Shown here: positions 34,670-44,065 of the stretch, one piece after another
Layout: every line of letters begins with the position of its first letter
How positions within the stretch are numbered: position 1 is the first letter of the stretch
NCBI GenBank assembly: GCA_964632885.1
Contig: CAZWDB010000004.1
Location: forward strand, 11,892 to 75,891
DNA length: 64,000 nucleotides
Direction of reading: 5' to 3'
From: an uncultured Acidimicrobiales bacterium
GTDB taxonomy: Bacteria; Actinomycetota; Acidimicrobiia; Acidimicrobiales; CAZWDB01
Program-made: the position numbers and the translations under genes
The notes under the pieces: model-generated
Database searches by the model: none
The model's input: only the letters and a program-made list of their open reading frames with translations
What the model was told of the DNA's origin: nothing

Positions 34670-36846
34670 CAGACCTTCACCTGCTCGGGCTCCGGTTCCT
34701 CGGCGCCGGCGGGCTGGCCGAGGTAGGCGGCGATGACGGCTTCATCGCGCTGCACCTCCGCCGGCGTCCCCTCGGCGATCAGCTTGCCGCGCTCGATGAC
34801 GTACATGTAGTCGGTGAGACTCGTCACCATCTTCACGTCGTGCTCGATGACGAGGAGGCTCACGCCGAGGCTCTGGCGCACCCACAGCAGCAGGTCGCTC
34901 AGCTTGTCGGTCTCGGCGTTGTCGAGCCCGGAGGCGGGCTCGTCGAGCATCACGAACGGGGCGCCGGTCACGAGGGCGCGGGCGATCTCGACCATGCGCA
35001 GCACGCCGAACGGCAGGCCGGTCACCGGACGATCGGCTTCCTCCTCCAGGTGCAGGAGCGCGATCACCTGGCGGGCCCGCTGGCGCGCCTCGCGCTCGGC
35101 CTCGACCGCGGTGTCGGAGGCGACGAGGTGGCGGAACAGGCCGGTGCGGTTGCGGAGGTGGGTCGCGACGAGCAGGTTCTCGAACACCGAGAGCTGCGGG
35201 AAGAGCTGGATGATCTGGAACGTGCGGCCCATGCCCAGCCGGGCGCGCTCGTGCACGGCGAGGGAGGTGATGTCCTGGCCGAACAGCTCGACCGTCCCGT
35301 CGGTCGGCTCGTTAAGGCCCGACACCGCGTTGAAGAGCGTGGTCTTGCCGGCGCCGTTCGGGCCGATGAGCCCGACGATCTCACCCTGGCGGACGTCGAG
35401 GCGCGCGTTGTCGACCGCGGTGAGACCTCCGAAGCGCACGGTGATGTGGCGTGCCGCCAGGATGAGCGGCCGCTCCTCGCGGGGCGGCAGGTCGACCTTT
35501 GTGGCGGTGCCGGGCTCGTAGGTCGCCGCGGGGGCAGCCCCGCTGGGCGAGTCGGGGACGTCACCGTCCCGAGGGTCCCAGAGCTGGGGAGTCCAGCCAC
35601 TCCCGTCCCACCAGCGGAGGAGCGGCCCGCCGTGTGGGTCCGGTTGCCAACCCGGTACCTGCCCCGACGGGAAGGGCTGGTCGCTCAGGTGGTCAACGGG
35701 CTGGAAGCCGGTGCCTCCCGAGAGCGTGTCGCGCTCTACGTCCCGACGCCGCCGGACCCTGCTCCAGAAGCGCCGCCGCGCCACGGCATCCTCCGCCGCC
35801 TCGGCGTCGTCGCGGGCAGATGTGAGGCGCCGCCATCGACCAAGCGCCCAGCGGGTCATCCCGGCCAGCCCCTTGCCTGCCCGGCGAACGGTCGGTGCCA
35901 GGCGGTGGGAGATGCCGGCGAGGCCGGCCGGGAAGAACAGGAGCACTGCCGCGAGCAGCATCGCCGACACGATCTCGAGCGACCCTTGCAACGCCTCGAC
36001 CCGGTAGAACAGCTCCTCGAGCGACGCGAACAGCGCGCCGCTCGCCACCGCGCCCGGCAGGCTCGACAGGCCGCCCACGACGGCGACCGCCAGGTAGAAG
36101 AGCGAGATGTTCGGGGCGAAGGCGCTCGAGGTGGTCACCTGCTGGTGGGTGATGATCAGGTTGCCGGCGGTGCCGGCGAGGAAGCCGGAGACAGCGAAGG
36201 CGGCGAGCTTGTAGCGGGTGACGGCGATACCGAGTGACGCCGCAGCCGTCTCGGAGCCCTTCACCGCGAACCAGGCGCGACCCGTCTTCGAATCGCGCAG
36301 GTTCGCCGTCGCCACCACGGCGGCGGCGACCGCGGCGAGCATCACGAAGTAGAACGTGCGCCGGTCGGTGAAGTCGAGGTAGGGGAACGTGTCCTCGACT
36401 CCGAGCGCCTGCGCGGGGGCGGACGCCGATCCTCCGACCCCGGCCAGCCATGACTGGTTGAACAGGTACTCCTGGGCCATCCAGGCGAAGATCAGCGTGG
36501 CGACGGCCAGGTAGAGGCCGCGGACGCGCAAAGCGACGACGCCGAGCGCCGCCGCGGAGCCCGCCGCCACGAGGGCGGCGATCGGGAGGGTGACGGGAAA
36601 AGGGATGTTGAAGCTGCGGGCGAGCACGCCCGTCGCGAAGGCGCCGATACCCACGAAGCTCGCCTGGGCGAGGGAGATCTGCCCGACCCACCCGGTGAGC
36701 ACGACCAGCGAGATCGCCACCAGCGCATACGCGAGCGCGAGGTTGGCGGTGCCGAGCACCGAGAAGGGTGCCAGCCAGACCCACCCGAACACCGCTGCAA
36801 GGGCGGCAGCGCCAAGCACGGTGCGGCCCAACGAGCGCCGCGTCAC
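34669..36846 (-). CDS. Fused LivM-type permease / LivG-type ATPase with a DUF2510-like linker insert
   Basis: ORF trimmed to GTG 36846, which forms a GTGA overlap with the LivH stop. The permease half reads LTGWVGQISLAQASFVGIGAF. The linker contains GWQPDPHGGPLLRWWDGSGWTPQ. The ATPase half reads ITVRFGGLTAVDNARLDVRQGEIVGLIGPNGAGKTTLFN. Confidence 0.8.
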   Translation of the reverse strand: MTRRSLGRTVLGAAALAAVFGWVWLAPFSVLGTANLALAYALVAISLVVLTGWVGQISLAQASFVGIGAFATGVLARSFNIPFPVTLPIAALVAAGSAAALGVVALRVRGLYLAVATLIFAWMAQEYLFNQSWLAGVGGSASAPAQALGVEDTFPYLDFTDRRTFYFVMLAAVAAAVVATANLRDSKTGRAWFAVKGSETAAASLGIAVTRYKLAAFAVSGFLAGTAGNLIITHQQVTTSSAFAPNISLFYLAVAVVGGLSSLPGAVASGALFASLEELFYRVEALQGSLEIVSAMLLAAVLLFFPAGLAGISHRLAPTVRRAGKGLAGMTRWALGRWRRLTSARDDAEAAEDAVARRRFWSRVRRRRDVERDTLSGGTGFQPVDHLSDQPFPSGQVPGWQPDPHGGPLLRWWDGSGWTPQLWDPRDGDVPDSPSGAAPAATYEPGTATKVDLPPREERPLILAARHITVRFGGLTAVDNARLDVRQGEIVGLIGPNGAGKTTLFNAVSGLNEPTDGTVELFGQDITSLAVHERARLGMGRTFQIIQLFPQLSVFENLLVATHLRNRTGLFRHLVASDTAVEAEREARQRARQVIALLHLEEEADRPVTGLPFGVLRMVEIARALVTGAPFVMLDEPASGLDNAETDKLSDLLLWVRQSLGVSLLVIEHDVKMVTSLTDYMYVIERGKLIAEGTPAEVQRDEAVIAAYLGQPAGAEEPEPEQVKV

Positions 36847-37751
36847 GACAGCCCCTCGGAACGCACGTTGGACGCCGACAGCTTCTCGCCGCGCATTGCC
36901 ATGACGGCAAAGGCGACGAGGGCCAGCACTGCCTGGGGTGCGCCGATGGATGACGTGAAGTCGCCGATCAGTGGCACGCTCGTCAGCCCCGGGACGGCGC
37001 CGATCGTCAGCCCGACGACAAGTGCGCCGAGCAGCGCGCCGGGCATGCTGCCGAGACCGCCGATGAGCGCGGCGACGAACGCCGGGAGGGCCTGGAGCGG
37101 GAAGCCGAACGGGTCGAGGCTCATCACTGAGCTGAGGAGGATCCCGGTGATTCCGGCGAGGCCGCCGCCCATCATCCACGCCACCGCCGTAGTGCGGTCA
37201 GGGTTCACGCCCATGAGCGATGCCGCCGTGCGATTCGAAGCCGAGCCGCGCATCGCCAAGCCGAGGGAGGTGAACTTGAACAGCGCGAAGAGCAACGCCG
37301 TGAGGACGCACGAGATCACGATCAGCCCGATCTGGCTGTGGCTGATACCGGCGGAGCCGAAGAGGATCTCGCCGTCGCCGAACACGGGCTCGGCGCGCAC
37401 GGGCGCAGTGCCGAACACGCGCGCGATCACGGCCACTCCGAGGCCGTAAACCGCAACAGTGCCGACGGTCTGCGCCGTCGGTGAGACCTTGCGCAGCCGT
37501 CGCACGAAGATGGCCTCGACGGCAGCACCCAATCCCGCACCCGCGGCAACACCGACGATCACCGCGGCCACCATCGGCAGACCGGCCTCACGCAGCTTGA
37601 GCGTGATGTACGCCGGCACCATCGCCATCACGCCGTGGGCGAGGTTGAGCACCTTCGAGGCGCGGTAGATCAACACGATGCCCAACGCGAACAACGCGTA
37701 GGCCGCGACCAGTGGCGTCGCCAGCACGAGCTGCGTGAGGAAGAACGTCAC
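36843..37751 (-). CDS. livH: Branched-chain amino acid ABC transporter permease (LivH type)
   Basis: MTFFLTQLVLATPLVAAYALFALGIVLIYRASKVLNLAHGVMAM. Confidence 0.9.
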   Translation of the reverse strand: MTFFLTQLVLATPLVAAYALFALGIVLIYRASKVLNLAHGVMAMVPAYITLKLREAGLPMVAAVIVGVAAGAGLGAAVEAIFVRRLRKVSPTAQTVGTVAVYGLGVAVIARVFGTAPVRAEPVFGDGEILFGSAGISHSQIGLIVISCVLTALLFALFKFTSLGLAMRGSASNRTAASLMGVNPDRTTAVAWMMGGGLAGITGILLSSVMSLDPFGFPLQALPAFVAALIGGLGSMPGALLGALVVGLTIGAVPGLTSVPLIGDFTSSIGAPQAVLALVAFAVMAMRGEKLSASNVRSEGLS

Positions 37752-37753
37752 CG

Positions 37754-39427
37754 CTATCCTGCGTGCTCTCCAAGCCAGATGTCACGCGTCGGTTCCTTCA
37801 CAAGCACCCAGCCTGAGAAGCCATTCTTCGACTCGACTCTGAAGGCCTGGGCAGAGTGGTTGGCATAGCGGGCGTCCGGCCGCCACTGCAGTGGTGCGGA
37901 GAGCCCAGTGTCGAGCGGCCCCATCGAGTTCAGCGTGTCGACAAGCGCGGCCCGAGTCACGTTTGGCCCCGTCTGCTTCAAGGCTTCGATGAGCAGGTGC
38001 ATGCCGAGGTAGCCGCCCATCGTGAACTGGTTGAACTCGTCAGCAGACGCGCTCTGTTGATGCAGATCCGATACATAGGTAGCAACTCCGCTCTGACCCT
38101 GGTACTTGTCAATTGGAGGGTTGTAACCCGTCCACAGCCACATGCCATCGCACTTGTCGCCGCAGTTCCGGGCAAAGTCGTACGTGAATAGCGGCTGCGG
38201 GGCGCTGATGGCGAGTTTGTCCGACGCTGTCGGCACGCCGGGAACGGCCATCCAGTCCTGCGCTGTCTTCGGCTCAAGCAGCAGGATCATGAAGTTGCAG
38301 TCGTCTCCGCAGGCGCCCTTCACGGTGCTTACCTGGGTGCCGTACTGGCCCTGGCCCGGGTCGACTCCGCAGAACCGCTCTTCGCACTTGGCGTTGGTCA
38401 GAGGGTTGGAGTAACCGGGAATGTTCTTGCCGCCGGAGACCTTCTTGTATGCCTCGTTGGCGGCGAAGGCGCCCTCGATGCCGAAGCGATATCCCTTGCC
38501 ATACACAATCGCGGGCCTCAACTTGCTCCCGCCCCCTGCCCGGTCAGCAGCCGTCTTCATCATGATGTTGACAGCCGTCGTCGTCGCTGCCGCGACCGGG
38601 AAGATGTAGGGATCCTGGAACTGGCTCCGCACCAGGCCATCCGCGCCGACGACGGGAACCTTCTGGTCCTGGAAGTACCCCTGGCGCTGGGCCTGGTCGA
38701 CCCCCTCCGATGACGGCGACACCGCCAGCGCGAACACCTTGTCGTCCTCGACGAGGTTCTGGATGAAGCGAGCCCCTGTGTCGGGCTTCCAGCCGTCGTC
38801 CTTGTAGACGATCCGGAGCTGTCGCGCGCAGATACCCCCGGCGCGGTTGATCTTCTTGGCCTGCGCCTCCATCCCCTGCCGTACCTCGCCGAGAAAGCTC
38901 TTGGCGATGCCGCTCTCGGCGACCGTGGCGCCGAGCTTGATCTGCGTCGCGGTTACACCCACGTCGGTGTTGCCGCCGTTGCGGCCGCCAGCGCACTCGA
39001 GCGAACCGCCGCCACCGCTCGATTCGGACCCTGACCCACCAGCGTCCCCGCCGCCGAGGTTGGTTCCGCCGCCCGATGTCCCACCCTCACGCCCTTCGGT
39101 CCCCGACGGGTCACCGCCTGTCGATCCGCCCCCGCCGCTTCCCGAGTCGTCGGCGTTGCCTCCGGACTGGGAACGCGTGCCGCCACCGCCACTCTTCTCC
39201 GTGACAGTACGAATGTTGCCCTGCTCGTCGAGGATGACCTCGCCTTCAGCAAACTCGCCATCGAGTGCCACCTCGTCGCCGCCCCCGAAGGTGCCTAGCG
39301 ATATCGGCCCTCCGCTGCCGGGCCCGGCACCACCGGGGACGAAGGCGACCATGGCGACGAACGTCAGAATGGCGCCGACGGCGAAGCCTGCCATCGCCGG
39401 TCCGAGCGGGGAGGTTCTGGACGGCAC
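37754..39427 (-). CDS. ABC transporter substrate-binding protein (Liv/amide family) with N-terminal TM anchor and Gly/Ser-rich linker
   Basis: Anchor GFAVGAILTFVAMVAFV, an approximately 120-aa G/S-rich linker, then IKLGATVAESGIAKSFLGEVRQGMEAQAKKINRAGGICARQLRIVYKDDGWKPD. Confidence 0.8.
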   Translation of the reverse strand: MPSRTSPLGPAMAGFAVGAILTFVAMVAFVPGGAGPGSGGPISLGTFGGGDEVALDGEFAEGEVILDEQGNIRTVTEKSGGGGTRSQSGGNADDSGSGGGGSTGGDPSGTEGREGGTSGGGTNLGGGDAGGSGSESSGGGGSLECAGGRNGGNTDVGVTATQIKLGATVAESGIAKSFLGEVRQGMEAQAKKINRAGGICARQLRIVYKDDGWKPDTGARFIQNLVEDDKVFALAVSPSSEGVDQAQRQGYFQDQKVPVVGADGLVRSQFQDPYIFPVAAATTTAVNIMMKTAADRAGGGSKLRPAIVYGKGYRFGIEGAFAANEAYKKVSGGKNIPGYSNPLTNAKCEERFCGVDPGQGQYGTQVSTVKGACGDDCNFMILLLEPKTAQDWMAVPGVPTASDKLAISAPQPLFTYDFARNCGDKCDGMWLWTGYNPPIDKYQGQSGVATYVSDLHQQSASADEFNQFTMGGYLGMHLLIEALKQTGPNVTRAALVDTLNSMGPLDTGLSAPLQWRPDARYANHSAQAFRVESKNGFSGWVLVKEPTRDIWLGEHAG

Positions 39428-42400
39428 CTACACCACTTCCTTCGCGATCGAGAGTGTCCGGCGGCGCACGGCCAGATAGACGGGCGCCGCCAAGAGGAGC
39501 CAGACCAACCCGAAGAGGACCGCTTGCAGAGGCTCGCGGCGGAGGAAGCCGAGCGCCTCGCTCGGCAGGGCGATCACACGTCCGATGCCCGTTCCGCCGC
39601 TGAGCGGTGACGTGGAGACCTGAGCCGCGGACCGCATGGGCGGCTCCTCGATGATGACGGTCGTCGTCTCGGTCGGTTCGTCGACGAAAGCGGCGTCGCG
39701 CGCAGCCTCCCCGTCCGTGGCGACCTGCGTCTCATCCGTGTCGCTGCTGCCAGATGTCCCGGCAATGCCCTCGAGCCCTGTGATGAACGAGAGCTCCGCT
39801 TCCTGACCCGGAAGTTGGAGCTCGAAGCCCACGTCGTCCGCGGTCAGATAGCCGTCCGGAGCCGACTTCTGGTAGACGACATAGGGGCCGAGCGGCACGT
39901 CCTCGAAGGTGCACATCCCGTCGCCGTCGGTCGTGCACTCGTCGTAGAGCTGGTCGCCGTCGCCGCGCACAAGGTCGCCGTTGTCGGCGAGGACGCCAAA
40001 CGTGGCGTCCTGAAGCGGGAGCGGCGTCCCTGTTTCCCCGCCGTCATCGGTCAGCGATATTTGGATCTCGCCAACGGCGCGAAGGTTGGTAAACACGACT
40101 TCGGTGTGCAGGCCCTCGGCGAGCGAGATCGTGGCATCGTCCGCAGGCGCGTAGCCCGCTGGGGCGGCTGTCTGAGAGACGACGTACTCGCCTGGCGCAA
40201 GCCCCTCGAACTCGCAGTCGCCGATGCCGTCTGCGCCAGTAACGCAGGCACCAAGGAGCCGACCGAGGTCAAGAGGGTCACTGTCGCGCACTTGGAACAC
40301 GCCGCCCTCGAGCGGCTCGCGGCGACTGTCTACGAGACCGACCGAGAGCTTCGTCGGTGCACTGGATTCCGGAGGTTTCGGTTCGCCAATCTGATACTGG
40401 GCCTCGGCGTACGCCCCTGCGAGCTGGAGGATGACACGAGATGCGTCACTGTTGTCGTTGTAGATCGTCAGGTCGAGACCCGTGACTTCGCTTCCAGCGT
40501 CGCCGTTCACTGTGGCGTCGCTCCAGAGTGCGAACCGATCCTTCGTAATCATGGCCTGCGCGCCGCCTGGGCTGTGCCTGGTCAAGGGGTCCATCTCGGG
40601 GCGCGGACCTCTCGCGATGACGCGTGGAGCGAGCCATCGGTTTATCGCGAGGACGACGTCCGCCACGTCGCATTGCTCTCCGCCATCCTGGTTGACCTCG
40701 TTGACGCCCGGGACCCCGCACGAGAAGAGCACATCGCCGGTGGCGTTCGTCAGCCGAACATTCTTGGCCACCGTGTCGAGAGCCGACGCCGCTGAGCCTG
40801 GCCGGCCCGCCGCTTGTGATGTCGCCTCGGTGCTGATCTCTCCGATACTGAGGGCTCCGCTTCCAGGCACTGTGACGGCGATGCCCCGCGCCGTCGACCG
40901 CGAGACCGTCTTAATGCCGCCGTCGGCCAGCTTCGTCACCTCCGCACGTGCGTCCGACTCAGCGATGCCGACGGAGACTGAATCGGGGGTAGCGGCTGGC
41001 TCGAGGGACGCCGAGGCAGACGCAATGACCGTGTCGAGGCGGCGACAGTCGGCCTCCGAGCCGGGGCGCGACGCGTTACGGGGATCGTGCTCGTTACCAA
41101 AGTCTTTGCAGGCTGACTCTTGCAGCGGTCCGGCTCTGGAACGAGCGGAGTCATACGACAGACACTCCTGGCTGGGCTGACTGTCGTCGCACTGCTCGGC
41201 GCCGTCATCGCCAACCCCGAGAGGTCCGGTCACCTGCCCGTACTTCCCCTTGAGGTCGGCTTCTGTTGCCTCGTCGACGGCGATGGCTGCCGCCGACGCT
41301 GTGGCCTCTCCCCGATCGGTCTCGCCCGTGAGCTGCGCGCCTGCGACGCGGCCCAGAAACAACCCGCGGTCGCCGCCTTCGACCTTGAACCGTTCGGTAG
41401 GCCCGGGCAGATTCGCGTTGGCATCTGAGACAAACGGAACACCTTCGACGCCTCTCACCCACATAGCTCGAGCGCCATATGCAGACCCCGCCCCACTGTG
41501 AGAGACTTGAACTGCCTCATCCTCAGGAAGGTCGTGCGTCTCTTCGTCGGGGTCCCGCGGCGCAGCGGGGATGAACGGCTGGGTGCGATCCTCGTACACC
41601 TTCACGTGAACCACTCCGCTCGGCTCGGAGAAGTTGCCCGGCTCGAAGACGCTCCGTGTAACCGGGTCGACGGTCAGGTCGGTGTCCAGCCAGTGTCCGA
41701 TCGGGATCGGCTCGCTCACCACGACGGGTAGCCCGGCGTTGTCCATGAAGCGCACCGCATTGTCGTTCTGGTCCAAGACGTACATGCGCCCTGTAGCGGG
41801 GTCGACTCCGCCACCCCCGACGTTGCCGAAGCCCAAGAGCATCGACCCGATCCAAGCGCCGTGGCGGGCGTCGAAGACGTACGTGCGCTGACCGAAGTTG
41901 GCACTGACCCCTATCGCAATGCGATCGCCCGCAGGATCGCCGATCGCGAAACCGCTGTTCAGGATGTTGCCCGCGAATGGGAAGAACTCCGTCGTCACGT
42001 CGGCAAGAGGGTCGACCGAGTTGGGCTCGTCAACGTGTATCCGCGCCACGCCCGGAGGCACCGAGAAGCCCGTCGCGTTGCGGCAACCCAGGTAGACGAA
42101 GCTGCCGTCCTCAGCCGCATCGATGTACGAAGTGCCCTTCCGTTGCTGGAGTGGGATGCCACAGGAGGGAACGCGGTAGGTCCATAGCGGCCTTGACGTG
42201 CCGCTTAGGGAGGCCGCGCGGTAGGCATGGACCGCGATTCCCTTGGCGTCCTTTCCTGCCGGACTGTGGTCAAATGTCTGACCGCTGGAGGTGAGCACGT
42301 AAAGGCGGTCGCGGGTCTTGTCGACCGCGAGCCCACTCACGACGTCACCTTCCGCCACGTTGGGAGGTGTCTGCTCGGACTGCAGCACAGTCGCCGCTCT

Positions 42401-42967
42401 GGGAAGTTGCACCTGTACCGGCGTCGGGTTAGCTACGGCGAGATCGACGAACGCGAAGCGGCCGGGCTCGGCGCAACCGGCCGGGTTCGTCGGAGCAAAG
42501 TTCGCGCAGCCAAGGTGGAACGACCGTTCGCCGACGAACAGACGGGCCCGAGTTGGATCGTAGGCGGAGACCGTAAACCGCTTCGACGGAAGGCTGCTTA
42601 GGTCGATCCACCGGGTCTGGGTTTGTGTATCGATGTCGACCACACCGACACCCGGCTGCACCGTACCACTACCCTCGGGAAGATAAGCCAGCAACTGGCG
42701 CCGGGCAACATCGACGTGGAGCAATGGCTTGGTCTGCGTCCCGCCCAACGTGCTGCTTGGGTTGGCGCACGTGGGCGAGCAGTTCGAGAGGCTCAGGTCA
42801 GCGACCAACGGGAACCTCGGGTCCGGCGCCGCGGCCGTCGCTACCTGCGGTACTGCGACCGAGAGGGTCGCCGAGACAGCGGCAACAAGTAACCCGACGA
42901 CGACACGCCGAGCAACGTGCGCCCAAGTCCTCTCTGCGTGCTCTCGGTTAGTCGTCGCGGCCACCAT
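39428..42967 (-). CDS. Giant exported surface protein with two C-terminal SpaA/Cna-B-like prealbumin-fold domains and a TM anchor
   Basis: Signal-like VVVGLLVAAVSATLSVAVPQVATAAAP. GGVFQVRDSD...CEFEGLAPGEYVVSQTAAPAGYAPADD and ATFGVLADNG...CTFEDVPLGPYVVYQKSAPDGYLTADD. C-terminal LQAVLFGLVWLLLAAPVYLAVRRR. Confidence 0.8.
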   Translation of the reverse strand: MVAATTNREHAERTWAHVARRVVVGLLVAAVSATLSVAVPQVATAAAPDPRFPLVADLSLSNCSPTCANPSSTLGGTQTKPLLHVDVARRQLLAYLPEGSGTVQPGVGVVDIDTQTQTRWIDLSSLPSKRFTVSAYDPTRARLFVGERSFHLGCANFAPTNPAGCAEPGRFAFVDLAVANPTPVQVQLPRAATVLQSEQTPPNVAEGDVVSGLAVDKTRDRLYVLTSSGQTFDHSPAGKDAKGIAVHAYRAASLSGTSRPLWTYRVPSCGIPLQQRKGTSYIDAAEDGSFVYLGCRNATGFSVPPGVARIHVDEPNSVDPLADVTTEFFPFAGNILNSGFAIGDPAGDRIAIGVSANFGQRTYVFDARHGAWIGSMLLGFGNVGGGGVDPATGRMYVLDQNDNAVRFMDNAGLPVVVSEPIPIGHWLDTDLTVDPVTRSVFEPGNFSEPSGVVHVKVYEDRTQPFIPAAPRDPDEETHDLPEDEAVQVSHSGAGSAYGARAMWVRGVEGVPFVSDANANLPGPTERFKVEGGDRGLFLGRVAGAQLTGETDRGEATASAAAIAVDEATEADLKGKYGQVTGPLGVGDDGAEQCDDSQPSQECLSYDSARSRAGPLQESACKDFGNEHDPRNASRPGSEADCRRLDTVIASASASLEPAATPDSVSVGIAESDARAEVTKLADGGIKTVSRSTARGIAVTVPGSGALSIGEISTEATSQAAGRPGSAASALDTVAKNVRLTNATGDVLFSCGVPGVNEVNQDGGEQCDVADVVLAINRWLAPRVIARGPRPEMDPLTRHSPGGAQAMITKDRFALWSDATVNGDAGSEVTGLDLTIYNDNSDASRVILQLAGAYAEAQYQIGEPKPPESSAPTKLSVGLVDSRREPLEGGVFQVRDSDPLDLGRLLGACVTGADGIGDCEFEGLAPGEYVVSQTAAPAGYAPADDATISLAEGLHTEVVFTNLRAVGEIQISLTDDGGETGTPLPLQDATFGVLADNGDLVRGDGDQLYDECTTDGDGMCTFEDVPLGPYVVYQKSAPDGYLTADDVGFELQLPGQEAELSFITGLEGIAGTSGSSDTDETQVATDGEAARDAAFVDEPTETTTVIIEEPPMRSAAQVSTSPLSGGTGIGRVIALPSEALGFLRREPLQAVLFGLVWLLLAAPVYLAVRRRTLSIAKEVV

Positions 42968-42994
42968 TGCCTCGTATCTGCTTCCTATGAGCGA

Positions 42995-43031
42995 GGCGTA
43001 TTCCCCAGGCGAATCGCCTGGGGAATACGCC
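42995..43031. terminator. Perfect 17-bp stem / 3-nt loop hairpin
   Basis: GGCGTATTCCCCAGGCG-AAT-CGCCTGGGGAATACGCC. It sits about 100 nt downstream of the 43129 gene stop and 28 nt upstream of start 42967. There is no U-tract. Confidence 0.4.
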
Positions 43032-43128
43032 GCACTTTCCGAACTAAGTGTCTCTTACGTGGAAGGCCTGCATATCCCTACTTCAACGGAGTTGCTGTAC
43101 TGCCTCCCTAGCTGAGTTCGTTCCTGAT

Positions 43129-44028
43129 TTACGGCCCTGTATCTACCGCCCAGGCCGCCGAGCGATGAGCGACACCTTCGATGATGAAACCGCAGGGCGT
43201 CGGCGGGGGTAGCGGCGGGCTTACGACACAGAGGGGGAAGTTCACAGTGGGATCAACGCTGATCGCGAGAGCAGCGGAGAAGAACGGATTGGCCGCGACC
43301 GCACCGCCTGCGCTGAGGTCAAAGCATCCCCAGACGTAGAGCGCGGTGCCAACACGGATGTACTTGACCCACCCAGGTGTACCGCCCGCCACGATGTCGG
43401 CCTTGTTGTCGTTCATGGGGCTGACGCAGTCGTTGCTCGGGCCTCCGCCTCGAGCACCCGGTCCCATGCCGATCGCTTCCTGGAAGTTGTCGCTGCTGCT
43501 CCAAGCCGACTCCGTCACGGATCCGTGGTGGTCGTTGAACGGGTGCTGCGCGGCGTTGTTGGTTACCGGGTCGATCTCAAGCAAGTCACCGTCACCGTCG
43601 ATGGTGTTTGGGTTGATCATGTGTCCGTCATTGCCGCCGTCGGAGGTGACTGGGACCGGACCCGTGTCAGTGCACGCGATCACGGTGTTGAGGAAGTTGT
43701 AGTGGCTGTGGGCAGGGTTGTCGTTGAAGAGCGGTATGGTCTTCGGGTCATGCTGCGGGCCGCCAGCAGTGGCCGTTCCCGGAACAACCACGCCGGTGAC
43801 GCCACAGATCTCTGTGAAGCCAGCGACAGCGAGGTTCGGCATCTCCTCGTGGTAGGCGTCGCCGTGGCAGTTGGGCAACTTCGTGTTCGGGTCACTGGCA
43901 GGTTCGTCTGTGCACGGGTGGTTCGTGCCGAGCGGGTCATCATGGCTGGCTGAAGCGGGCTGCGGCACGGCGAAGGCGATGCTCGCCAGCATGAAGCCTG
44001 CCGCCACGATTCGGACGAGTTTTCTCAT
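43129..44028 (-). CDS. Secreted His/Asp/Asn-rich hypothetical protein
   Basis: Signal peptide MRKLVRIVAAGFMLASIAFAVPQPASA. No family recognised. Confidence 0.75.
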   Translation of the reverse strand: MRKLVRIVAAGFMLASIAFAVPQPASASHDDPLGTNHPCTDEPASDPNTKLPNCHGDAYHEEMPNLAVAGFTEICGVTGVVVPGTATAGGPQHDPKTIPLFNDNPAHSHYNFLNTVIACTDTGPVPVTSDGGNDGHMINPNTIDGDGDLLEIDPVTNNAAQHPFNDHHGSVTESAWSSSDNFQEAIGMGPGARGGGPSNDCVSPMNDNKADIVAGGTPGWVKYIRVGTALYVWGCFDLSAGGAVAANPFFSAALAISVDPTVNFPLCVVSPPLPPPTPCGFIIEGVAHRSAAWAVDTGP

Positions 44029-44065
44029 CGAGCTGCTCTCACTTTCGTTGTGGTCAGAAGTGTCC

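Noticed and set aside
36847-37179. Upstream extension of the LivM-LivG ORF, and the similar extensions 33870-34460 and 31952-32005.
   Set aside because: The extensions overlap the preceding well-supported genes.
Starts forming ATGA or GTGA overlaps with the upstream stops give sensible N-termini such as signal peptides or anchors.
42995-43031. The 17-bp hairpin as a regulatory riboswitch or attenuator for the giant surface-protein gene.
   Set aside because: It is a single perfect stem-loop with no alternative pairing partner nearby.
It is kept only as a possible terminator or mRNA-stabilising hairpin.
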